From the IMG/VR virus record IMGVR_UViG_3300021142_001411: DNA of 64,000 nucleotides. One strand, written 5' to 3'. The stretch comes from an uncultured virus (IMG/VR IMGVR_UViG_3300021142_001411). Its lineage: Duplodnaviria; Heunggongvirae; Uroviricota; Caudoviricetes. The notes below the pieces were generated by a model. The model was given only the letters and a program-made list of their open reading frames with translations, was not told the DNA's origin and ran no database searches. This document shows, in pieces, positions 1-7,096 of this stretch (position 1 is its first letter; the number at the start of each line of letters is the position of its first letter). A program made the translations under genes and the position numbers.

Positions 1-64
1 AGTTGGTTCGAACCACTGACCTAAAGGTTATGAGCCTTCCGAGCTACCGCTGCTCTACCCCGCA
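1..64 (-). tRNA. tRNA-Met(CAT), initiator-like D arm; 3' end cut by window edge
   Basis: Reverse complement GCGGGGTAGAGCAGCGGTAGCTCG-GAAGG CTCATAA CCTTT-AGGTC-AGTGGTTCGAACC. Confidence 0.85.
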
Positions 65-72
65 ATCTCTAT

Positions 73-522
73 TTATGTAAAACTATTAATTATTTCTTTA
101 ACAGTATTTGCATCTGACATACCAGGAAAAGATTTATTAAATAATCCAATTGCTTTTCCAATTTTCTTATTAATATTGGATTCATCACTTAAAGAATCCA
201 ATATCTTTTTTATTTCAATTTCCATTTCTTCTTTTGTTAAAGGTTTTGGCATATATTTTTCCAAAACTAACATTTCATTTTTTTCATTTTCAGACAAATC
301 TAAACGATTACCTTTGATGAATTCATCATAAGATTGTTTTCTTTGTTTGATACAATTTGAAATTACCTTCAAAATACTTTCTTCAGTTAATTCTTGATTA
401 GAATTTAACTTTTCTGATTCAGTAATTTTTGATTTTAAACTACTCAAAGCATTTTTTGTTACTTGATCTTTTGCTTTCATTGCAACAACAAAATCATTTT
501 GTATTTGTTCTTTTAATTTCAT
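73..522 (-). CDS. GatB/YqeY domain protein
   Basis: MKLKEQIQNDFVVAMKAKD...IKQRKQSYDEF..GNRLDL..E..VLEKYMP is typical of YqeY. Confidence 0.9.
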   Translation of the reverse strand: MKLKEQIQNDFVVAMKAKDQVTKNALSSLKSKITESEKLNSNQELTEESILKVISNCIKQRKQSYDEFIKGNRLDLSENEKNEMLVLEKYMPKPLTKEEMEIEIKKILDSLSDESNINKKIGKAIGLFNKSFPGMSDANTVKEIINSFT

Positions 523-589
523 TTCTTTATGTTTTTTAATTTAACAATGCAAATATAGATAAAAATTTTTAAATAAAAAAAAATATTTG

Positions 590-747
590 TTCCGTAACCA
601 GGAATCGAACCTGGGATCTCCGCCACATGCACGGCGGTGAGATTTAGCCTTTCTTCACTTGATATGAGTAACTTTTGTTTTTGCGTTGCTCACCGCTCGA
701 ACATATAAACTCATTCATCCGATTTGCTTCCACTTCTCTACTACGGG
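590..747 (-). tRNA. tRNA-like gene with 92-nt D-loop and 8-nt anticodon loop (identity uncertain, possibly CAT)
   Basis: Acceptor CCCGTAG/TTACGGA, D stem GAGA/TCTC, anticodon stem CCGCC/GGCGG, T arm CCAGG-TTCGATT-CCTGG. Confidence 0.7.
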
Positions 748-757
748 AAAGTTATAG

Positions 758-830
758 TTGCTACGTCTGGGAATCGAACCCAGTTATTTTGGCTTATGAG
801 ACCAACGAAATACCTTACCTCCCACCAGCT
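758..830 (-). tRNA. tRNA (CAT; Met or Ile2), imperfect acceptor stem
   Basis: TTGGT CTCATAA GCCAA anticodon arm; CTGGG TTCGATT CCCAG T arm. Confidence 0.7.
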
Positions 831-843
831 ATTTATTGTACTT

Positions 844-920
844 TGGTAGCGTATATTGGATTTGAACCAATGAATGTATCCTTATGAGAGATATGTGTTC
901 GACCACTTCACCAATACGCC
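844..920 (-). tRNA. tRNA (CAT; Met or Ile2) with encoded CCA
   Basis: GGCGTAT/ATACGCT-A-CCA; TATCT CTCATAA GGATA; ATTGG TTCAAAT CCAAT. Confidence 0.9.
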
Positions 921-1000
921 AAAAGAGCCCCGATATTTTCATAAGTACTTAATCTTCATTTACCTGGCTCGGGGCCACACTGGTAAATTACTTCCTTACT

Positions 1001-1094
1001 TTGCGGAGAAGATAGGACTCGAACCTACACACCAGCTCATCACCGATGACCCGTTTTCAAGACGAGGCCGATACCAATTTCGGTTTACTTCTCC
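1001..1094 (-). tRNA. tRNA-Ser(TGA)
   Basis: GGAGAAG/CTTCTCC-G; CTCGT CTTGAAA ACGGG; long variable arm; GTAGG TTCGAGT CCTAT. Confidence 0.9.
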
Positions 1095-1122
1095 ATTAAA
1101 ACAAATACAAAAAAGTCCAAAA

Positions 1123-1200
1123 GGGTGATTAACCAGGTATGATCTGGCACTCTTCTGCTCCACAAACAGACGCTTTAATTCCATTTAAGCGATAACCACC
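1123..1200 (-). tRNA. tRNA-His(GTG)
   Basis: G-1 plus GTGGTTA/TAATCAC-C; TCTGT TTGTGGA GCAGA; atypical T loop ATCATAC. Confidence 0.8.
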
Positions 1201-1211
1201 ATGTATATATG

Positions 1212-1359
1212 TGTTGATAATGGGATTTGAACCCACAAGTTGGTGACTAAATCAACAATTATTTTCATTGTCATCTGGTTTACTAAAACAGGAAATCCAT
1301 AAATGGTCCAAATATTTTCCTCAAACAGTAATCATGTTTACCAATTCCATCACATCAAC
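1212..1359 (-). tRNA. Leu-type tRNA body with a 65-nt insertion in place of the anticodon loop
   Basis: GTTGATG/TATCAAC-A; Leu-like D arm TGATGGAATTGGTAAACAT; long variable arm; GTGGG TTCAAAT CCCAT; anticodon stem ATTA/TAAT encloses 1263-1327. Confidence 0.7.
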
Positions 1360-1453
1360 AATATAAAAAATAAACATTGCTATCAGGGTTTAAATGTCGC
1401 TCGGAATGACTTACTGACACCAACTGATTTTACAGTTTCTTAGTTTATTTTTT

Positions 1454-1536
1454 TGAGGCCAAGGTCAGATTCGAACTGACGTGTTTAATATATCGGGTTT
1501 GCAATCCGACCTCTTCAACCACTCGAGCACTTGACC
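1454..1536 (-). tRNA. tRNA-Cys(GCA), enlarged variable loop
   Basis: GGTCAAG/CTTGGCC-T; TCGGA TTGCAAA CCCGA; GTCAG TTCGAAT CTGAC. Confidence 0.85.
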
Positions 1537-1549
1537 ATGTTTTTTTTAG

Positions 1550-1623
1550 AAGTCTCAGAGGGATTTGAACCCATCAACCTCTCGTTTCGTAGACGAGTGC
1601 TCTTCCAATTGAGCTATGAGACC
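1550..1623 (-). tRNA. tRNA-Arg(ACG)
   Basis: GGTCTCA/TGAGACT; CTCGT CTACGAA ACGAG. Confidence 0.9.
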
Positions 1624-1626
1624 AAT

Positions 1627-1710
1627 TGCACACCACACCCGACTCGAACAGGTATTGAGAAACTCTCACGATTTTGGAGATCGCTGCATTACCAATTATG
1701 CTAGTGATGT
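1627..1710 (-). tRNA. tRNA-Trp(CCA) with a paired variable arm
   Basis: ACATCAC/GTGGTGT-G; GCGAT CTCCAAA ATCGT; variable GAGA-GTT-TCTC-AAT; ACCTG TTCGAGT CGGGT. Confidence 0.85.
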
Positions 1711-1790
1711 GTTTTTATTTTATTTCTTGTAATTGTTTTCTTAAATCTTGAATTTTTGTTAAGTAACCTGATACTGATATTTCAGCAGTG

Positions 1791-1982
1791 TTAGATATTT
1801 TTTGTTTCAGATTTGTTTTCATTTCTTCTTTTTTTATATAAATGATAATCAAATCCTACTTCATTACATAATTTTTTTATTTTTTCACAATTTCTATATT
1901 TATCATCATTATATAATTTTCTAGCACCATCATTTAATGATACACAATTATTTAAAAAATTTAAAATTTCATCTTTATTCAT
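1791..1982 (-). CDS. Short hypothetical protein (probable start MNKDEIL), possibly a truncated endonuclease N-terminus
   Basis: ATG 1982 preceded by a TATTTAT motif; the longer ORF-track start overlaps tRNA-Phe. Confidence 0.4.
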   Translation of the reverse strand: MNKDEILNFLNNCVSLNDGARKLYNDDKYRNCEKIKKLCNEVGFDYHLYKKRRNENKSETKNI

Positions 1983-2042
1983 ATAAATAAATATATGAAA
2001 ATGTGGTTTAAATGTAAATGGAACCACAATAAAAAAAATTTT

Positions 2043-2118
2043 TGTGTCAACAACCAGATTCGAACTGGTAACTACTAGGTGCTTCAAACCTAAGCTCTAC
2101 CATTGGAGCTATGTTGAC
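2043..2118 (-). tRNA. tRNA-Phe(GAA)
   Basis: GTCAACA/TGTTGAC-A; TAGGT TTGAAGC ACCTA; ACCAG TTCGAAT CTGGT. Confidence 0.9.
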
Positions 2119-2165
2119 ATTTTTATCCATATTTCAAAGAACATATATCGTTTCCGATTGTTCAG

Positions 2166-2196
2166 CAAAGATAATAATATTTTTGATTCTACCAAA
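2166..2196 (-). promoter_or_regulatory. Bacteroidota sigma-A-type promoter (internal to tRNA array)
   Basis: TTTG - 19 nt - TATCTTTG, matching the -33 TTTG / -7 TAnnTTTG consensus. Confidence 0.7.
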
Positions 2197-2203
2197 TTTA
2201 TTT

Positions 2204-2971
2204 TTATTGAATATTTTTATTATATTTTTTATCCCACATTTCTATTCGTTCTAATAATTGATTGTATGTTAAAATAGATTTTTTGTTTTTAGAAACATTT
2301 TCATTATGTATCATTAATTTACAATTTGCCGGATGTGATAATAATTTAGGATTAATACCTTTATTAAAACCATCTTTAACTGATAACATATGATCCCTAC
2401 TTACACCACTTAAATTATTACCTCTATTTTTAGGTTTATACCAACCATATTTTTCAATTAACGAAAAATCAAATTCATTTGGATAATCATTCAAACTAAA
2501 TTTAAAATTGGTTTCTTGTTTATATTTGGCAAATTCAGTCATATCTTTTTGATTGTTTTGTTTTTTACAATTATCTGAACAAAATTTTTTACGTATTTTT
2601 TTTTCTATTAGAATATCACAATTTTTACATTTAATAGTTTTATTTACTAATTTATTCTTATGTGATATAGACATTCTTTTTTTTGTTTCATTTGTAACTA
2701 CTCTACCTATATTAGTAAATGAAGTGGAACATGACTGAGAACAAAATGAATTTCTTCTTTTTTCGTAACTTAAAATTTTATTACATTTTGGATTTAAACA
2801 AAATTTTAATTTTTTTTCATAAAGTTCTTTTGTTTTTTCAGTTAACCCATTGCCATTTTTACTATAATCTCTTAAATTTTTATTTACATGATAATTTCTA
2901 CATTTAAAAGAACAATAAATTCTATTGTTTTCAATTTCTTTGTTACACTCAATATTTTTACATTTATTCAT
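2204..2971 (-). CDS. Putative homing endonuclease (CxxC..CSxxC repeats, NUMOD3-like segment, HNH-like C-terminus)
   Basis: Three C-x2/4-C...CSxxC motifs; TNETKKRMSISHK; SRDHM...HPANC...EN. Confidence 0.65.
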   Translation of the reverse strand: MNKCKNIECNKEIENNRIYCSFKCRNYHVNKNLRDYSKNGNGLTEKTKELYEKKLKFCLNPKCNKILSYEKRRNSFCSQSCSTSFTNIGRVVTNETKKRMSISHKNKLVNKTIKCKNCDILIEKKIRKKFCSDNCKKQNNQKDMTEFAKYKQETNFKFSLNDYPNEFDFSLIEKYGWYKPKNRGNNLSGVSRDHMLSVKDGFNKGINPKLLSHPANCKLMIHNENVSKNKKSILTYNQLLERIEMWDKKYNKNIQ

Positions 2972-3025
2972 ATTTATAAATATTAATAAAATGGAAAAAA
3001 GTAAAGACGAATTAAAAACAATTTA

Positions 3026-3103
3026 GTGGAAGTTACGGTGAACGATACCGTCTGATTTCCGCATTGCAAGTGCGGTGACCACACCAATGCAGTCCCAACC
3101 CCC
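3026..3103 (-). tRNA. tRNA-Ala(TGC)
   Basis: GGGGGTT/AACTTCC-A with G3:U70; CCGCA CTTGCAA TGCGG; atypical T loop. Confidence 0.85.
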
Positions 3104-3183
3104 ATTTAATTCCCCATATTTCAAAGATCAGATGCTCATCCACTAGAGCTTCACCCCCATTTTTTTTAAAGAACTATATAAAC

Positions 3184-3215
3184 AAAAAAACCTCGGAAGG
3201 TTATTCCGAGGTTTT
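3184..3215 (-). terminator. Intrinsic terminator (attenuator) upstream of the tRNA array
   Basis: AAAACCTCGGAA-TAACC-TTCCGAGG followed by T7 on the minus strand. Confidence 0.85.
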
Positions 3216-3239
3216 CACTTATAATGTTAAAATTAAAAT

Positions 3240-3341
3240 TTAACTTAAATCAGTATCAACAACTCGGAACATAATAATATCACGCTCATCCGCCCATTTT
3301 GAACAGATTGTAAACGACATCGTATGTTTGAATTGTTTCAT
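3240..3341 (-). CDS. Putative 33-aa leader peptide MKQFKHTMSFTICSKWADERDIIMFRVVDTDLS
   Basis: Hand-translated; lies between a promoter and the terminator and carries TGTTCCGAG complementary to the terminator 5' arm. Confidence 0.65.
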   Translation of the reverse strand: MKQFKHTMSFTICSKWADERDIIMFRVVDTDLS

Positions 3342-3403
3342 TGAAATTCTTTTATTTTTTTTACTTTATAATACCTCAGATACTATTTTCTCCGATTGTA
3401 TTG

Positions 3404-3435
3404 CAAATATAGATATAAATATTGGAATAAACAAG
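3404..3435 (-). promoter_or_regulatory. Bacteroidota sigma-A-type promoter of leader/tRNA array
   Basis: CTTG - 20 nt - TATATTTG. Confidence 0.7.
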
Positions 3436-3563
3436 AAAAGTTCAAAGTTTTTTAAAAATATTTTTTTTTATTTTATTTTTCCATATTTTTTTAAGATGTT
3501 TATATTGTGAAATTAAAAGATTAATAATTCAATCTTTTCTGAATTTTTAATATATTTATTAAT

Positions 3564-4370
3564 ATGAAAAAAACATTTTTATATATTAAAGAAACGCCAT
3601 TAGGATTAAAATATTTAGGTAAAACAACACAAGATCCTTACACATATAAAGGTAGTGGTATATATTGGAATAATCATTTGAAAAAAAATAATTTTACAAT
3701 AAATGACATAAAAACTACGATACTACTTGAAACCACAGATCGTAATGAATTAAAAGAAATGGGATTATATTATAGTGAGTTATATAATGTTGTAGACAAT
3801 AAAAAGTGGGCAAATTTAAAACCTGAAATTGGTGATGGTGGAAGTGGTAAAATGAAAGATGAGGTTAAAGAAAAAATAAAAAAAACAATGAAAGGTAAAA
3901 AATTAATATGGTCTGAGGAAACAATTAAAAAAAGAAATGAAAAATTAAAAGGTAGAAAAATGCCACCATGTTCAGAGGAAACTAAATTAAAAATAAGTTT
4001 GGCCAATAAACTATGGGAACATAAACCATTAACTGAAGAAACAAAAAGAAAAATTTCTGAATCAAATAAAGGTAAAATAGTCTCTAATGAGACTAAAATA
4101 AAAATCTCAATTAAACGAAAAGGAAAAAAACATACAGAAGAAACAAAAAACAAACTTTCAGAAGTTAATAAAGGTAAAATTGTTAGTGAAACAACAAAAA
4201 TAAAAATGTCAAAAAATAAAAATAATGTCAAAAAAGTATTGGATGTTAAAACAAATTTTATATATGATACAATTAAGGATGCTGCCAATTCAATAAATAT
4301 GAAACACACTACATTATGTGCAATGTTAAGAGGACAAAATAAAAATAAAACAAATTTAATATATTTATAA
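3564..4370 (+). CDS. GIY-YIG homing endonuclease with NUMOD3 repeats and C-terminal NUMOD1/HTH
   Basis: FLYIKE...KYLGKT, YKGSG; repeated (S/T)EETKxKIS. Confidence 0.85.
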   Translation: MKKTFLYIKETPLGLKYLGKTTQDPYTYKGSGIYWNNHLKKNNFTINDIKTTILLETTDRNELKEMGLYYSELYNVVDNKKWANLKPEIGDGGSGKMKDEVKEKIKKTMKGKKLIWSEETIKKRNEKLKGRKMPPCSEETKLKISLANKLWEHKPLTEETKRKISESNKGKIVSNETKIKISIKRKGKKHTEETKNKLSEVNKGKIVSETTKIKMSKNKNNVKKVLDVKTNFIYDTIKDAANSINMKHTTLCAMLRGQNKNKTNLIYL

Positions 4371-4382
4371 TAAAATAAAATT

Positions 4383-4658
4383 ATGTCAGAAAATTTAAGT
4401 TTTAAATCGTGGATTCAGGATCTCTTCAAAGATGAGAGAGGTTCTACATCAATTAAACCGGTTGTTGCTTTGATTGGTGCTCTTTTCTTATGTGGAACAA
4501 TGTTAGCTAATTCATTTAGTGCTGAGAATATCAAACCATCAAATGATTTGGTTAATGCTGTAATGGTAATTACTGCAATTGGTATGGGTGCAGATACTTT
4601 GGATAAGTTCTCATCAAAAAAGAAAGATGAATCTACTGACACACCACCAGTAAATTAA
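4383..4658 (+). CDS. Small two-TM membrane protein (holin-like, unproven)
   Basis: Two hydrophobic segments and a charged C-terminal tail. Confidence 0.55.
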   Translation: MSENLSFKSWIQDLFKDERGSTSIKPVVALIGALFLCGTMLANSFSAENIKPSNDLVNAVMVITAIGMGADTLDKFSSKKKDESTDTPPVN

Positions 4659-4686
4659 AAAAGGGGAGAATTAATTCTCCCCTTTT
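4657..4686. terminator. Bidirectional intrinsic terminator
   Basis: AAAAGGGGAGAA-TTAA-TTCTCCCCTTTT between convergent genes. Confidence 0.8.
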
Positions 4687-4994
4687 ATTTTTATTAATTG
4701 ATTATGTAAATCTCTTATTTCAGTACATTTTTCAAATAATTCATTTTGTTGATAATATGGTAAAAGATCATCTATAAGAATGTTTATTTTCATCTTATCA
4801 AATTTAAATTCAGTGTCCCATTCAAGATTTTGAATTTTTGCCCTAACTAATAAATTAACATTCTCAATAGATATATCTTCAAGTTGTTTAAAACATTCGA
4901 TGATTTCATTATATATTTTTTCAATATTATTATCATAGAAGTCTTTAAAATCTCCATGGTTTTCATCAATGGTTATTGTTTTTTCAAAATTCAT
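4671..4994 (-). CDS. Hypothetical protein
   Basis: Tightly packed in the operon downstream of the RNA repair genes. Confidence 0.6.
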   Translation of the reverse strand: MNFEKTITIDENHGDFKDFYDNNIEKIYNEIIECFKQLEDISIENVNLLVRAKIQNLEWDTEFKFDKMKINILIDDLLPYYQQNELFEKCTEIRDLHNQLIKIKGEN

Positions 4995-4995
4995 T

Positions 4996-5469
4996 TTAAT
5001 CTTTTATTGTATGTTTTATCTGTACTCTTATACAGGTTTGAGGTTTTCTACAATTTTTAAAGAAATTATTAACGAAACCAATGATATTTCCAGCACCGAT
5101 TGGATTTGCGGAATGTGTATAAACTGTTGGAAAAACAAATTTTTGGAATGGATTATCAATAAACACACCTTCTTCTGTTGGATGCGGTATTTGTAATCTA
5201 TTTTCAAAATAATAATTTATCAACCATTTTGCACAATCAAGACCGGTTTTTTCTTTAATATTATCATAATTAAGTGTATAATTCGGACCAACATTGTTAA
5301 AATATTCTTCCATTGCGGTATCACCTAAATCATGATCCAAAGAAATTATTTCAATATTATTCAAACCAATTTCTTTTATTTTTTCAACAAACTCATCATA
5401 GTTTCTTACTACAATCCAACCTTCTTCTGTGGGGGTTCTCACATCATCTAAATAAATTTTATTCATCAA
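4996..5469 (-). CDS. Cyclic-phosphate-processing receiver-domain protein
   Basis: KIYLDDVRTP...ISLDHDLG...TGLDCAKWL...HSANPIG. Confidence 0.75.
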   Translation of the reverse strand: MMNKIYLDDVRTPTEEGWIVVRNYDEFVEKIKEIGLNNIEIISLDHDLGDTAMEEYFNNVGPNYTLNYDNIKEKTGLDCAKWLINYYFENRLQIPHPTEEGVFIDNPFQKFVFPTVYTHSANPIGAGNIIGFVNNFFKNCRKPQTCIRVQIKHTIKD

Positions 5470-6559
5470 TATTATTTTTAAACGGTTTTGAATATTTTGG
5501 GTATATATAATCCCATATTATGTTATCATAATTTTGTCTATCATACATTTTAAACAAAATTGGTCTTAAATGTTTTTCTTGCATTAAAACCCATTCTGCG
5601 TATGTTTTTCTTATTGGTAATTCTCCATCATAAGATTCGTAGATATTATCAAACAATTTACCAGCATATTCTTTTATTGAATGGAAATTATATCTCAAAT
5701 CTCTAACAGTATCTTTCACCCATTTATAGAAGTCATCTGGTACTTTTTCCAATATTTCATCTAATGGTTTATCTTCTTTCAAATATTCCCATAAATCACG
5801 ATTAGAGATGTTTGTTAATATTCTATGTAATCTACAATATTCATCACCCTTTATCTTCATTCTAAAACCATTCTTAAAACGAATAACAAATCCTTCTGCA
5901 TCATTTGATATAATTAATTTTAATTTATCAAAATCATTGAATCCGTCATATTTTTTAACAATCTTAAAACCTAAATTTGTCATTAGGTTTTTGAATCTTA
6001 TACCACCATCATAATCTTCATCGTTATAAAGATTTATTTCTTCACCTGTTTTAGTTTCGATAATTCCAAGTAATATTAAATCTTCGTAATCGTAATTACA
6101 AACAATTTTATTTTCAGGATATATGATTTCAAATAGATAAGTGTGACCTTTTGGTAGTCTATTATAATCGTATTCCTTTAATAGTTCAGTACCTTTGATT
6201 GATTGTTCTGAAGTAAATGAACCACGAGTAGATAATACCCATTCGTCTTTATAATTAAATAAAATACCCAATGAACCATCCATTTTTTCAAACACTTCAA
6301 ATGATTCGTTTGGTATTATTTCTGGTGATATTTCCAAATATTCTTCATAGTTGAAGAACTTATTAAATGGACGAGCGATAATGTCACCATCTGAATTTGT
6401 TACAAGTCCACGGCATTGTCTTGTCACATCATCCCATAAACGATCATATTGGACTTTTGGTGAATAATTCCATGTAGTCAAATCCAGAACTGGATGAGTT
6501 TGTTTTAATAACAAACCATCATTGTGGTATTTTTCTAATAATTCAGTTGTAATTAACAT
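5459..6559 (-). CDS. RNA ligase, T4 Rnl1-like (probable start MLITTE)
   Basis: QCRGLV, ARPFNKFFNY, motif I EKMDGSL, STRGSF, FEII, EGFV, KIK. Confidence 0.9.
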   Translation of the reverse strand: MLITTELLEKYHNDGLLLKQTHPVLDLTTWNYSPKVQYDRLWDDVTRQCRGLVTNSDGDIIARPFNKFFNYEEYLEISPEIIPNESFEVFEKMDGSLGILFNYKDEWVLSTRGSFTSEQSIKGTELLKEYDYNRLPKGHTYLFEIIYPENKIVCNYDYEDLILLGIIETKTGEEINLYNDEDYDGGIRFKNLMTNLGFKIVKKYDGFNDFDKLKLIISNDAEGFVIRFKNGFRMKIKGDEYCRLHRILTNISNRDLWEYLKEDKPLDEILEKVPDDFYKWVKDTVRDLRYNFHSIKEYAGKLFDNIYESYDGELPIRKTYAEWVLMQEKHLRPILFKMYDRQNYDNIIWDYIYPKYSKPFKNNIDE

Positions 6560-6615
6560 TATTTTTTTATTTAAGTTTTCAAATATAGTTGTAATATTTG
6601 AAACTACCAAATAAA

Positions 6616-7038
6616 TTACAACTTTACCTCAAAACGGTTACGCATTTTTTCTATTGTTTCATCAGGTACATTGTGTTCGTTAACACCACCATGACGATTT
6701 TCTACAATTACAGAATGAACTCTATAATTATATCTTTCTGCCATTTCATAATATGTTTTCATTTCCCATTCTTGAGTGAATGTATTGGAAACAACAATTT
6801 TTGAAAGTTCATTTTTCATTTTATTTGCACATCTAACTTGACAATCGTTATGTGCTTCTTTTATTTTTGTTGCATCAAAATTATAATTACCTTTTTCATC
6901 CATGAAATAATCATCGGCAGATAAAACATCAGTTGTATCGCTAGTCATCCATTTTAATATAACATGTCCTAATGTTGTTTTCCCGCTACCTGGTATTCCT
7001 CTTAATAATATTAAGTCTCCTTTGAATTTATTTTCCAT
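6616..7038 (-). CDS. P-loop polynucleotide-kinase-like protein
   Basis: LLRGIPGSGKTT, SADDYF, VSNTF, HNVPDETIEKM. Confidence 0.85.
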   Translation of the reverse strand: MENKFKGDLILLRGIPGSGKTTLGHVILKWMTSDTTDVLSADDYFMDEKGNYNFDATKIKEAHNDCQVRCANKMKNELSKIVVSNTFTQEWEMKTYYEMAERYNYRVHSVIVENRHGGVNEHNVPDETIEKMRNRFEVKL

Positions 7039-7060
7039 GTTCTTTTATAAATAAATAGTT

Positions 7061-7096
7061 AAAAAAATTGGGGTCAAATTAATGACCCCGTTTTTT
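7061..7096. terminator. Intrinsic terminator hairpin
   Basis: GGGGTCA-AATTAA-TGACCCC flanked by A and T runs. Confidence 0.7.

Noticed and set aside
590..747. tmRNA or group I intron interpretation of the long tRNA-like gene
   Set aside because: No Ala-type GGGG/G3:U70 acceptor, D and anticodon stems are present, and the insert is far shorter than a group I intron.
675..1184. ORF-track ORFs 675-887, 874-1128, 996-1184 (also 2044-2277)
   Set aside because: They overlap clear tRNA genes; open frames are a by-product of higher GC.
3770..4309. Long antisense ORFs (also 10618-11118, 30197-30625, 48598-49071, 53245-53766)
   Set aside because: Shadow frames of well-supported genes on the opposite strand.
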